A stretch of DNA of 64,000 bases from IMG/VR virus record IMGVR_UViG_3300042516_003202; one strand, given 5' to 3'. The notes under the pieces are model-generated. The model was given only the letters and a program-made list of their open reading frames with translations. It made no database searches and was not told where the DNA came from. Shown here piece after piece: positions 37,813 through 47,779 of the stretch; the stretch's first letter is position 1; each line of letters begins with the position of its first letter. Position numbers and translations under genes: made by a program. The DNA comes from a virus.

Positions 37813-39194
37813 TTCTTTTTTTCTACGATTTCAAGATTAAAACTTGCAATATTCTCCTTAGATCTTTCTAGATAATAATCATTCATTTCATAATTTGTCA
37901 TAAGATCTTGGAATAATTCTTTACATTCTTCAGACTTACCCCACCACCATCCAGAAAGTGCTTTTTGATAAATTAGACCGTATTTACCAGGATACTCAAC
38001 ATCAGTAATAAGATCTGGGTGATCAAATGTTGAATATTCTAAACCTTGACAAGCAAAAGTATATGCTTCCATCCACTGACTTCTTCTTTCAGCAAATCTA
38101 CTCAAAAGGAAATATGCCTCTGGTCTAGATGGTACAGAACAAAGTGCTTGTGTTAAAAGGGACTTAGAACTATTGTCTCTAGTTCCCTGTTTATCATAAC
38201 AATAAGATCCTCTAATAAGTGCCTCATAGGTAAGATTATCATCTTCAGATCTTTCTGCTGCTCTTAAGTAATAAGAAAGAGCTGGTGCAGTATGCCCACC
38301 GTTTTCGTACCAAACGCCAAGATTAAAATTATGAATTGCATTTTCAGTATCAAGAGAAAACTTAGTCAAAAGATCCTCTAATTCAGTTTTTTCTCTTTTT
38401 GGTTTTGGTTGTTCAGTTCCCACAAGTTCCTCAATCGTAATATTTTGTCCGTTCTTTTCCCACCAAGAAGAAACAAATTCCTGACTCTCTGCATGATGGT
38501 CTTTAGTACCACCTTCAATATTTGCAGTTTCAGTAAAAGTTGATTGGAACTTTACCTCTTCGACAAATAAATCTACAGCGTAAACTTTTCCAATATCATA
38601 AAAAAGAACAGTTTCCGGCATAGGATAAAAATCTGTTCCGTAAATTTCAAGATTAAACTTATCACCAAAACAGTAACGATCTATAATTTTTTTAGCATAA
38701 TTGCGCTTCATAATGTATGCGGTCACCGACCAATCATACATGGATCGTTCTTTAAGAACAATAGAATCGTGCGATGGTTTAATGCAACATAATTGTACAC
38801 AATCCCAATCTTCGGGAAGATTATTTACAAAATCATTCCAAGTAAAATTCCAATTAGAAACAGTTTCTAGACTAAGATCATCCTCACAAAAGAATGCATA
38901 TTCGTCATCAGTTTCCTCATACCATTTTTTAATCATTTTAATATGAGAAACTACACATCCAATAGTTCCCCCATCAAGAATATGCAATTGTGGTCCAGAA
39001 ACTTGATCGGATGATTCTGAATATCTTTTAGAAATTACTCCTTGTAAATCATAAACTCCATATTTTAAAAAACTTTTTCTCAGGTTTTCCCTCCTATCTT
39101 CACTTTCTTCCAAACTAATATAATAAACTTTTGGAAAATTATTCAATTTTTGTTTTTGGTCGGGATAACTTGCCATCATTAACGAACTATTCAT
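37809..39194 (-). CDS. GT25-family glycosyltransferase fused to a TPR-like helical domain
   Basis: VYYISL...DRR...IGC..SH..........FCEDD; C-terminal helical repeats (ALSYYLRAAE, PSRPEAYFLLSR). Confidence 0.75.
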   Translation of the reverse strand: MNSSLMMASYPDQKQKLNNFPKVYYISLEESEDRRENLRKSFLKYGVYDLQGVISKRYSESSDQVSGPQLHILDGGTIGCVVSHIKMIKKWYEETDDEYAFFCEDDLSLETVSNWNFTWNDFVNNLPEDWDCVQLCCIKPSHDSIVLKERSMYDWSVTAYIMKRNYAKKIIDRYCFGDKFNLEIYGTDFYPMPETVLFYDIGKVYAVDLFVEEVKFQSTFTETANIEGGTKDHHAESQEFVSSWWEKNGQNITIEELVGTEQPKPKREKTELEDLLTKFSLDTENAIHNFNLGVWYENGGHTAPALSYYLRAAERSEDDNLTYEALIRGSYCYDKQGTRDNSSKSLLTQALCSVPSRPEAYFLLSRFAERRSQWMEAYTFACQGLEYSTFDHPDLITDVEYPGKYGLIYQKALSGWWWGKSEECKELFQDLMTNYEMNDYYLERSKENIASFNLEIVEKKN

Positions 39195-39670
39195 TGATTA
39201 CCTCCATTAATTTTATCTCTATAAAAAATTGGTTTGTCTGTGCATATACCAAAACTATTTTTTATGTATTCTGGATGTTGAGAATACAATTTAACATTCT
39301 CTGGTAATACAATTACTGAATTTGAATATGGAATTTGTCCTACAAGAACCCACCCAATTCCACTACTTGTTAGCGTATAACTATCGTTTTGATGCCAGAA
39401 GTAGTTAAATTTTACCACAGAACTTGACATTTTTTCAAGTGCTTCACGATTTTTGCAATGAATCCAAAGAACATCCTTATATTTTCTTAACCACTCCATA
39501 GTTACAAAATATTGAGGATTATCGTGACCAAGATAGCATTGATTATCTTCCACTCTTAAATCAACTTCAACATCAAATCCCTCTAGAATTGCATTCTCAA
39601 TATATTCTGGTTTATTTTCTTCTACTGGATTTATAGAATTCAAATTACCACGATGAGATATAATTTTCAT
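39191..39670 (-). CDS. Short GDPD/PI-PLC-like phosphodiesterase-fold protein
   Basis: IISHRGN...EN.PEYI..AI..GFDVEVD...YLGHD...WIHCKN...GICTD. Confidence 0.7.
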   Translation of the reverse strand: MKIISHRGNLNSINPVEENKPEYIENAILEGFDVEVDLRVEDNQCYLGHDNPQYFVTMEWLRKYKDVLWIHCKNREALEKMSSSVVKFNYFWHQNDSYTLTSSGIGWVLVGQIPYSNSVIVLPENVKLYSQHPEYIKNSFGICTDKPIFYRDKINGGNQ

Positions 39671-39671
39671 A

Positions 39672-40478
39672 TTAGTTATAAAATTGATTTAAAACTACAA
39701 TTTCACTGTTTATCATATCATCTATAGTTTCATATTCATTTCTTCTGTATCCAAGTGAATCTGCAGTCGTCCAAATCTGATTCCAATGATTTGCACGTAT
39801 AACAAATGGTTCCATATATTTGTCTGGTAAAAAATCAATATACTTTCTCATAAGCATGTCATGATTTTCACTTGTAGGATCTTCTCCAGATATTCTAATA
39901 AAATTTTTAGTGTACATTATTTCTGGCCCACTATCTAATATACCAGAATTTATCATTTCTAGAGTTTTTTCAAATGTCTTTATCATTTTATTAGTTTTAG
40001 ACACCATTAAATGATCTGCCGCACAATATTCAAAATAAACTTTTTGTCCAAAAAACGTTCCACCAGTTACCAGTTTTTCGGTATCCAATAAAAACTTATC
40101 TAGAATCAAGTGTAAATTCGAATATCTTTCATCCACTCTATGTTTTAAAACATAAGGAGTAGAAACATTGTTCAACCCATTTAACGTACTGACAGTTTGA
40201 AATTTGATTCCACAGTCATTATCTATTTCATGATTCTCATCAAAATCTTTGAATGATAAATTGTTTATTCCATTAGTTACACTTTGAGTAACTATTTGAA
40301 TACTTTTTTCTTCGCATATTTTTAAAAGTTTTTGATTTGTGCAAATATGCTCGTCGTAAGTTGATAGTACTATTTTAGAGAATAAAGATTGATAGTAATC
40401 AATAGAATCCAAAAAATCTATTTTAGTAAGATCATTAGTTGGACCTTGAACAACTAATGTAAAATCAGAATAGTTCAT
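39672..40478 (-). CDS. Second WavE-like protein
   Basis: TLVVQGP...IVLSTY...FQ..STLNGL..V.T.YVLK.RVDE...ADHL. Confidence 0.65.
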   Translation of the reverse strand: MNYSDFTLVVQGPTNDLTKIDFLDSIDYYQSLFSKIVLSTYDEHICTNQKLLKICEEKSIQIVTQSVTNGINNLSFKDFDENHEIDNDCGIKFQTVSTLNGLNNVSTPYVLKHRVDERYSNLHLILDKFLLDTEKLVTGGTFFGQKVYFEYCAADHLMVSKTNKMIKTFEKTLEMINSGILDSGPEIMYTKNFIRISGEDPTSENHDMLMRKYIDFLPDKYMEPFVIRANHWNQIWTTADSLGYRRNEYETIDDMINSEIVVLNQFYN

Positions 40479-42040
40479 GAATTATTCAATGCTAAAACTT
40501 CTATAGCGTTGTAGACATTTTTACACATTTCATAAACTCTCCACTTAGATTTTGGTTCAACATAATACTCAGTAATTTCACCGACCATTTCTTTATTTTG
40601 ATCAATATGTTTCTGTGCCAAAGCATATTCAACTTGCCATTGAACTTCTTGTTCAGTATGTCCTTGATTTCTCATATTTTCTTGAACCATTTTTATAAAA
40701 TCAGATTCCCAAGAAAATCCTTCAAAATGTTCTGTTCTTTTTTTATCAGGATGTGGAAGATGAATAGTGTGATAATCGTGTCTCAATCTAGTCTCTTTAA
40801 GACCCATCAATTTTAACCTTTCATAGAACTCTTCATCTTCAAATGCATAACACTTAGATAAATTTTCATTATACCCACCACATTTGAAAAAGTTTTCTTT
40901 ACTGATTAATAAAAGACCTATTAAGAATTTAAAATATGGACTATAGGAAACAGTGTAATCAACAATTTCTTCTGGTTTCATTTGGTGCATATCAATTACA
41001 TATCCACCGTAAGATTCGGAATAATATTCTGGAGCTTGATAATTGCTTTTTCCAGAAACAAAACTTTGATTATCAACTGGATAAGCATCAAAGAAATTAT
41101 AATATGGATTGATAATGTAATCACAATCTACTTTTAAAATATAATTTCCAGTGGCAATACTTGCAGCAAGATTTAAAGGTTGTGGTTGATTAAAGTATTG
41201 CTTATTTTTTACTTCAATAATTTTAATTCTATCGTCCAATTTAGAAAGATGAGAAATAGATTTATCAGAATCCCAATCAACAATTATAATTTCATGTATT
41301 TGATCAAATGCCAACCAAGAATTTAATGCAATTCTAAGAGCATTATATCTATTTTTACATGCACAAATTAAAGATATTCTTTGAGTTTCTTTAGTTCTAA
41401 CACAAATCCAATCACCTTCTTCATATGGGTGATTGGGAGCAGGTATAAACTGATCCAATCTAAAATTATTTCCGATTAAATAATTTTCCAAATCACTTTT
41501 CACTGCTTGTCCTTTATAGTATGGTTTTGGACATGCTTCAGTATGAATAACTTTAACAGAATCCAAATAAGTTCCCATACCTTTAAGAACTTTTAATTCT
41601 GCCCCTTGAGTATCCATCCAGATACAATCAACCTTTTCAACACCAATTGATTTCAAAAAACTATCTAATCTTTTTGATTGAACTTTTATCTTATTCCAGG
41701 TTCCAGAACTATAAGGAACATCAATAGGTTCAAACATTGAAGAACCACCGACATTTCCATCAACAACCCAAAAATCAACCTCACCTTCCTCGTCGGACAA
41801 TGCGAAATTATAAACTTCTATATTTTCATAGTGTTTAGATTTTTCAAAACACATATTATATTGTTCTGGGGTCGGTTCAAAAGCAATTATTCTTGAATTT
41901 GGAAAATGACTTAAAATTTCTATACTAGAATTTAAATCACGAGATCCTATCTCTAAGATAATTTCTGGATCTGTATTTCCATAAACCTCACGAATTTTAT
42001 TCGCAAATAAATCTAAAGTGTTAACACAAAAATCATACAT
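40475..42040 (-). CDS. FkbM-family methyltransferase fused to a GT2/GT7-like glycosyltransferase
   Basis: ILEIGS...AFEP...FALSD...SKRLD...DCIWMDTQGAELKVLKG; then ISLICACKNR...IIIVDW.S...LKVDCD...GGYNE...FEDEEF..RL. Confidence 0.8.
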   Translation of the reverse strand: MYDFCVNTLDLFANKIREVYGNTDPEIILEIGSRDLNSSIEILSHFPNSRIIAFEPTPEQYNMCFEKSKHYENIEVYNFALSDEEGEVDFWVVDGNVGGSSMFEPIDVPYSSGTWNKIKVQSKRLDSFLKSIGVEKVDCIWMDTQGAELKVLKGMGTYLDSVKVIHTEACPKPYYKGQAVKSDLENYLIGNNFRLDQFIPAPNHPYEEGDWICVRTKETQRISLICACKNRYNALRIALNSWLAFDQIHEIIIVDWDSDKSISHLSKLDDRIKIIEVKNKQYFNQPQPLNLAASIATGNYILKVDCDYIINPYYNFFDAYPVDNQSFVSGKSNYQAPEYYSESYGGYVIDMHQMKPEEIVDYTVSYSPYFKFLIGLLLISKENFFKCGGYNENLSKCYAFEDEEFYERLKLMGLKETRLRHDYHTIHLPHPDKKRTEHFEGFSWESDFIKMVQENMRNQGHTEQEVQWQVEYALAQKHIDQNKEMVGEITEYYVEPKSKWRVYEMCKNVYNAIEVLALNNS

Positions 42041-42055
42041 TTTTAAATATCTCCA

Positions 42056-43294
42056 TCAAAAATCTAAAACCCACTCGGGTAAAGAACCTCCACCAGTTTC
42101 ATAACCCCACTTATCAATAGCAACACGAAACTCTGGTCCAGGATTCTTATCAATTGCTTGGCGCATTGCCAAAGCACCCGCCAGAGTGCCGCCTGGATGC
42201 CCGTGTACGGCACCTCCGCAGTTAGCAAGGAAGTCCGTACCAAACTTCTCTGCCGTAGTGTTTACGATGCCAGGATGCATACCACAGCTCAATGCAGGAA
42301 GAACATTACGCCTGTGAAGAGTTTCCATAGTTTGGCGAAGTTCATTCTCATCATCACTCAAGTATCCACCCCACATTCCAGCATGAATTGTATCCACACC
42401 ACAAAGACCTGCAAGATCGCAGAGAACATCCCAATCAATACCAAATGCATGTCTCTTATCAGTCAGAATCTTATCACCACTCTTTTGATAGTGAATAAAC
42501 AAAGGTAAATCCATTTTTCTAACAGAGTTATAAACTCCAAGACCAGACCAGAAGTTAATATGAATCCCATTGCCCCCATTGTCTGCAACAAATTTAGCAC
42601 GATCAAGAATAGTATGGTGATCACCATTAATGCAGAAGGCATAAATCACATTCCTTCCACAATTATTAACAATATTAGAAATCAGTTCTACACGATCTTC
42701 AAGACGGCAGAATGAAGGGTTAGAAAGAATCTCATCTTCTTTGATAAAGTCTACACCACCATCAAGAAGTTCTTTCACCATTTCGGAAAGAGTTTGTGGA
42801 GAAATTCCAGTCTTCGGTTTTACAATCGCACCAGAAAGTGGTTTATCATAACGATTGACAAACTTACGAATACCGTCAATACCATTCTTTGGTCCAAGAA
42901 AAGATGCTTCAACATCTGCAGGAAACTCTAACTTCTGAAGTCTACATGCTTTAAAAACATCAATATCCAATTGTCCTCCCATAAGTTGACAAAGAAGATG
43001 TGAAATTCCATCACCTTCCCAATCAGTGTTTACTTTCGGAAAACCAATTTTAACTTTCCCAGAATAGACACCCGTAAGATTTTCTTCGGTATCGTAAATT
43101 ACACATGAAGAAAGCTCAAAAAGTTCATCGCTTTCCCAACGATTACGAACCTTTGGATTGCCTACACTCTGCCCAATCGCAAGGTTCCAGGCAGCATCTC
43201 TCAAATCTCCAACTTGTTGATGTGCTTCAATATAATACGTTGCAATCACACAACGATTTTTTTCTTGTTCGGTTAATTCTCTAAAAAACTTCAT
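42056..43294 (-). CDS. RuBisCO-like protein (form IV RLP), 412 aa
   Basis: AIGQSVG; FLGPKNGIDGIR; PLSGAIVKPKTG; GGVDFIKEDE; DTIHAG; ALSCGMHPG; GGAVHGHPGG..AGA.AMRQA. Start set at ATG 43294 (GAGG Shine-Dalgarno, 1 nt after the cupin stop). Confidence 0.92.
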   Translation of the reverse strand: MKFFRELTEQEKNRCVIATYYIEAHQQVGDLRDAAWNLAIGQSVGNPKVRNRWESDELFELSSCVIYDTEENLTGVYSGKVKIGFPKVNTDWEGDGISHLLCQLMGGQLDIDVFKACRLQKLEFPADVEASFLGPKNGIDGIRKFVNRYDKPLSGAIVKPKTGISPQTLSEMVKELLDGGVDFIKEDEILSNPSFCRLEDRVELISNIVNNCGRNVIYAFCINGDHHTILDRAKFVADNGGNGIHINFWSGLGVYNSVRKMDLPLFIHYQKSGDKILTDKRHAFGIDWDVLCDLAGLCGVDTIHAGMWGGYLSDDENELRQTMETLHRRNVLPALSCGMHPGIVNTTAEKFGTDFLANCGGAVHGHPGGTLAGALAMRQAIDKNPGPEFRVAIDKWGYETGGGSLPEWVLDF

Positions 43295-43295
43295 T

Positions 43296-43616
43296 TTAAA
43301 CCTCAAATTTATCTGATGGAATGGAGGGAACTTTTACACATACTACTGTACAGTCTTCAAGAAAGATAGGATCTGCAACTTCTCCCTTATCAAATACAAA
43401 TACATCTCCACTATTTAACTCCTTTTCTTGAATCATCATTTTTCCAGAAAGAAGAACATTATATTCTACACTATCTTTATGATAATGTGCTGCCCACACT
43501 TCACCCTTAGGATGAAACAAAACACCAACTTCAAAATCTTTCGTTCTTAAGATAGATGGATCAAAATCACCAATAATCCACCCTCTATGATAGTCCTTTA
43601 AATTACTTAAATTCAT
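43296..43616 (-). CDS. Cupin-fold protein (RmlC-like)
   Basis: GWIIGDF.P......EVG...H.KGE.W..HYHK...EYN..LSG.M......GDVF; HxH...E metal motif. Confidence 0.8.
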   Translation of the reverse strand: MNLSNLKDYHRGWIIGDFDPSILRTKDFEVGVLFHPKGEVWAAHYHKDSVEYNVLLSGKMMIQEKELNSGDVFVFDKGEVADPIFLEDCTVVCVKVPSIPSDKFEV

Positions 43617-44326
43617 AATTTTGAAATAAAAGTTTCTAAATCTTCTGGAACGCCAACTGGATTATGTTGCCAATTCGGAATATGATGAATGCCAACTTTG
43701 AGACCTTGTTTAATCATATGATTATAAGTTGGACCAACATAAAATTCTCCATTAGGAGCCCTATCATTGCATTTTATCATATTTTCTGCACTTTGTACAA
43801 AATACTTTCCCTTTCTCCAATAATGAATTCCATTTAAAGAAATATCACTTATAACTTCTTTTTCTTTTATTTCCTGAACAAAACCTTTTTTATCAATTCT
43901 AGCATAACTGTTTTTTGGAGTATTAGTACTATACGTTACAACTAAACCATCATACTTATAGTATCTTGCAGAAGTGAGAAATAAATTAGAATCCCACCAC
44001 ATAATTTGATCACAATTTGCAACAACCAATTCATCTTCATTATTAATATAATCACGAAACAGTAAACAACTCGATGCAGGTCCTTCCGTTGTTTCCTCTA
44101 CACTAATAATCTTAGACGTTGGAAAAATAGAATGAAGCAGTGTACATACCTGATCATAATAACTATCCTTTCTTATCACAAAGTGATAAGTTCCATTCAA
44201 TCCCAAAGATTCTGTTGCCATTTTAATCATTGGAACCCCATTAATTTCAATTAATGGTTTTGGAATTTTATAAGTGTCTCTGGGAAATCTAGTTCCTTCC
44301 CCAGCCATTGGAATTACAATGTTCAT
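43613..44326 (-). CDS. Sugar-phosphate nucleotidyltransferase
   Basis: IVIPMAGEGTRF...PKPLIEING.PMI...T.GPA...VANCDQ...EIKEK.VIS...GI.YW...EFYV.P.YN. Confidence 0.85.
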   Translation of the reverse strand: MNIVIPMAGEGTRFPRDTYKIPKPLIEINGVPMIKMATESLGLNGTYHFVIRKDSYYDQVCTLLHSIFPTSKIISVEETTEGPASSCLLFRDYINNEDELVVANCDQIMWWDSNLFLTSARYYKYDGLVVTYSTNTPKNSYARIDKKGFVQEIKEKEVISDISLNGIHYWRKGKYFVQSAENMIKCNDRAPNGEFYVGPTYNHMIKQGLKVGIHHIPNWQHNPVGVPEDLETFISKL

Positions 44327-44329
44327 GAA

Positions 44330-45229
44330 TTAGAGAAACAATTGAGCCAATTTTTTTGTAGTTAAATTCTTTTTAGAAAAGTCAAAAAGATATTCACAAA
44401 TTTGATCATATTGAGGGTGTATCTTACCTTTCATCGCATATTTATTTGTCTCTAAGATGAGAGATTTTGGTAAAGAAGTCATAATATACGGAGGACAATC
44501 TTTCAAATCAGTAAAATATGGAATACTTCTATTCGCAAGAATTTCATAATGCCTCAAACAATCCCATCCCATTTTTTTACAGGTTCTGCCATAATAAGAT
44601 TTAGCATAATCTTCATAATATGATTTTTCATCTTCAAAAATGTATGTATCAGCATATCCAGGAACAACATGCCCAAATATTTTTTCTTTTGTTGGAATAT
44701 GATCTATAAATTGACTCTCCGGTATTGCAAAGGAAATTGGATTTGCAATGCTAATATCATACAATTCCCTTTTCCATACTATCCCATACTCATGTAAACC
44801 AGATTGTCCAGCAAAATCATCAGGTTCATCTGCACCATCAATGAAATGAACTTTATTTTTTGGATAATGTTCTTTTACATGCTCTAAGTAGTCTAAGCAT
44901 TGTCTCTGAGGAAACCAAGGATGTGTATATACGCATCCATAAATTACCATATCATAAAATTTTGATTTTATCTTATCAATAATCACTTCTGGAGATTCAA
45001 CATTTGGTTGATGATCTAATTTACAATATACAGTAAATCCTTTAGTGTTATTTCCATCAAATTTTCTAACAAAATCAGAACTAGTAGACTGTTCAGAATC
45101 AAGGTAATATTTCATCATGTAATGTGGGGGATACGTTTCATAAACGTCAACGCCATTGTCAATTAATCCATGATAAACCATATCCTTCATATAATCTTGA
45201 ATATGATTCGTTACAAACAATACTTTCAT
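44330..45229 (-). CDS. Putative GT-B glycosyltransferase (CgeB-like)
   Basis: FIDGADE...KRE.....PISFAIP...KSYYG.T.KK.GWDCLRHYEILAN..IPYF. Confidence 0.6.
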   Translation of the reverse strand: MKVLFVTNHIQDYMKDMVYHGLIDNGVDVYETYPPHYMMKYYLDSEQSTSSDFVRKFDGNNTKGFTVYCKLDHQPNVESPEVIIDKIKSKFYDMVIYGCVYTHPWFPQRQCLDYLEHVKEHYPKNKVHFIDGADEPDDFAGQSGLHEYGIVWKRELYDISIANPISFAIPESQFIDHIPTKEKIFGHVVPGYADTYIFEDEKSYYEDYAKSYYGRTCKKMGWDCLRHYEILANRSIPYFTDLKDCPPYIMTSLPKSLILETNKYAMKGKIHPQYDQICEYLFDFSKKNLTTKKLAQLFL

Positions 45230-46050
45230 AATTTTTTAAATGAATTAGAGATAAACAAATTTTTTATAGATTCTTCATATTCAGTATCATATTTAATAAA
45301 AATATCATTATTATATGGAACATTTTTTTCAGATTTACATAACCACCGTGTAGTATCATCTTTTGATTTAACCACAAATTGAACTCTAGGAAATTTTTTT
45401 ACTTTATTAAAATATCCTATTCTATTAAAATAGTAAACATAAGATCTTTCTATATTTAAATAAAACGGATCGTCTCTCATTTCCCAAAAATCTTGTATTA
45501 AATATTCAGTGTTGACATAATTATCAATTATACCAAGAACAATATCAATATCGGAAGATGGAAATATATGATGCCTATCACTTATTCCACCATATTCTTC
45601 ACCATAAGGAACCCAAAAAAAATCATTTGGTAATATTGGATGTTCTTGGACATAAAAATGATCACTTCTTGTAAGAATTATTCTGTCATAATTTAATAGT
45701 ACTTCCTTTTTATTCTTTAGCAAATAATGCCTAAGTGCTAAGGTTATTGCACTGGATCCTATAGTTCCATAAAGACCAGAAAAACCAGTTTTAGATCCTA
45801 ATTCAAAAGATTGTTTCCAACTTCCTTCACCAAAATTTTCTACGTAATAATCAGCCCATTCTTCATATTCTGGAACTTCCCAAATATATTTCGCCTTTGA
45901 ATACAATGAATGGGATTTATTTTCATTAAAACCAAAACATAATGCAAGATCGGACTGATATGGTTCTAACAAATTTCTATACATGCTATTCCATGCTTTT
46001 TCACCACCCCTAGGATTTCCAATTACTACAGTAAGTGTTTTTTCCATCAA
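45226..46050 (-). CDS. Putative glycosyltransferase-like protein of unknown family
   Basis: YDRIILTRSDH...EEYGGISDRH; operon context. Confidence 0.45.
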   Translation of the reverse strand: MMEKTLTVVIGNPRGGEKAWNSMYRNLLEPYQSDLALCFGFNENKSHSLYSKAKYIWEVPEYEEWADYYVENFGEGSWKQSFELGSKTGFSGLYGTIGSSAITLALRHYLLKNKKEVLLNYDRIILTRSDHFYVQEHPILPNDFFWVPYGEEYGGISDRHHIFPSSDIDIVLGIIDNYVNTEYLIQDFWEMRDDPFYLNIERSYVYYFNRIGYFNKVKKFPRVQFVVKSKDDTTRWLCKSEKNVPYNNDIFIKYDTEYEESIKNLFISNSFKKL

Positions 46051-46781
46051 GTATTACCAAATACAACTCTTTTCCAATCTATACCATTATTAATTTGAAC
46101 TTGAAAATCAAACCTTTGTGGAATTATTCCATAAAAATCTAAATGATTTTTCAATATAGACTCTGGATGATATTTGCTATCTCCAATTTTTTGCAAGTTA
46201 TGATAATTCCAAAAAACATTAGAATACAAGTCCATTCCGTGTGATGTTCCAACTGCAAATTGATCATTGATTCCATTGCACCAATCATCACCAACAGGAA
46301 CACAAACATCAGAATTTAAATCTTCAAGATTTAAATTTTTACTTTTAAAATTACTATCAAACCTCATCCTAACAACACGATCAAAAGTCATTCTATGAAG
46401 TTCTTCATATTTTCTTTTAAGATCATTAGACCTATAAATTGAATAATGCATACTTATAGGTCCCACATCAGTTCTTAAATATTCAGAAAACTCTAATGAT
46501 GAAAAAATATCGTGAAAATAATTCTGTTTTGAATCATAATCTTCTACTAAAAGACTTTCATATGTATAATTTTGCTCAACAAAACTTACGTCAGTATCTA
46601 CAGTTTTATCCTCTTCTTTATTTTTAACATCATAAATTGTTTTTACAAACTCTTCTCTGTCATTTATTTTCCAAGTATGAATAAAAACTTTAATGTCTTC
46701 ATTAGGAATAATATTTTTTAAACTTTCCAATCCAATATGTGGATATCTGATTCCTCCAGAAATACAAACCGCTACTTTCAT
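46047..46781 (-). CDS. Putative glycosyltransferase-like protein
   Basis: MKVAVCISG..R...KVFIHTW...SMHYSI...FDRVVRMRFD...NDQFA.G...HPESIL; operon context. Confidence 0.5.
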   Translation of the reverse strand: MKVAVCISGGIRYPHIGLESLKNIIPNEDIKVFIHTWKINDREEFVKTIYDVKNKEEDKTVDTDVSFVEQNYTYESLLVEDYDSKQNYFHDIFSSLEFSEYLRTDVGPISMHYSIYRSNDLKRKYEELHRMTFDRVVRMRFDSNFKSKNLNLEDLNSDVCVPVGDDWCNGINDQFAVGTSHGMDLYSNVFWNYHNLQKIGDSKYHPESILKNHLDFYGIIPQRFDFQVQINNGIDWKRVVFGNT

Positions 46782-47758
46782 TCAAAAATATACTCCTTAA
46801 CAAATTTTTGAGGAACTTTAAGTAAGTAAGCTGCATTATCCTGAAAACCAAAAGTAATCAAATAGTCATCTCCAAATTCACACATTCCAACAGCAAACTC
46901 AACATTTGCTTCTAAGAAAGAAAATCTCTTAGATACAGTTACAATTTCCCAATTTTTGTCCCAAACAATGAAACGATGCCTGTAATGCCCATCTTTTCTT
47001 CCAGCAGGACTTTGATATAAGAAAGTTTCATGATTTAGAGACATTCTGCATTCGCCAAATGGTAATACTTGAGAACCACCACGAAGATCTACACATCCTA
47101 AATCTTTCCAAGAAGTTTGACAAACAGTTTCTGTTTTACCAGTATTAATATCATACTTAACAATTTCTGTGCCATTTGTCCATTTTACAAAATGGTATGG
47201 CATATCAAGAATTGGCATCCAGTTTTTATTACAATATTCATCATCATTTCCCGGAGCAGGAATTCTATAACGATTTATTTCACGAACTCCATCTTCATAA
47301 ACAATTACTTCTGATAGTTCCATTCTACCAGTTCCAATTGTGTCAAGATCTCTTCTTACACCACAAATATAAAGCTTTCCATCCCATCTAACAATTCTTG
47401 CATCTTCAAGACCAACAAATTCCCACTGTGGTTGATATGTATCAAACGCAGCAGTATCTACTCTATGATACCACTTTAAGTTCATAGTTTCATCCATCTC
47501 ACCCATTACATTATTTGTTCTTAGGTGAAGATCATTTTCAGGATGAATATAAACAAGAGGTCCCCATTGATGTTCAAATTTTTTCTTTTCTGAATGATAA
47601 AGAGTGTAGTTTATATTTCTAAGATTGACTAAAATTTTACCATTATCATTATAAATTGAAGGATTCGTAATTGCAGGTCCTTGCAAATATGAAGAAGGAA
47701 AAATCAAAGGGTGAATGCTTCCACCATTTTCCAAAGCAAGTTTTACAAAATTACTCAT
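46778..47758 (-). CDS. Five-bladed beta-propeller glycosidase/phosphorylase-like protein (GH130/GH43 clan-like)
   Basis: TNPSI...GLEDARIV.W.GKLY...KNWMP...LRGGSQ...Y.HRF....VEFAVG. Confidence 0.7.
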   Translation of the reverse strand: MSNFVKLALENGGSIHPLIFPSSYLQGPAITNPSIYNDNGKILVNLRNINYTLYHSEKKKFEHQWGPLVYIHPENDLHLRTNNVMGEMDETMNLKWYHRVDTAAFDTYQPQWEFVGLEDARIVRWDGKLYICGVRRDLDTIGTGRMELSEVIVYEDGVREINRYRIPAPGNDDEYCNKNWMPILDMPYHFVKWTNGTEIVKYDINTGKTETVCQTSWKDLGCVDLRGGSQVLPFGECRMSLNHETFLYQSPAGRKDGHYRHRFIVWDKNWEIVTVSKRFSFLEANVEFAVGMCEFGDDYLITFGFQDNAAYLLKVPQKFVKEYIFE

Positions 47759-47779
47759 GATTATAATTTATTTTAATTA

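Noticed and set aside
42056-43294. A true carboxylating RuBisCO (rbcL) as a carbon-fixation auxiliary gene
   Set aside because: Loop-6 K334, H294 and E60 equivalents appear substituted, there is no rbcS, and the neighbours are glycan genes. It fits form IV.
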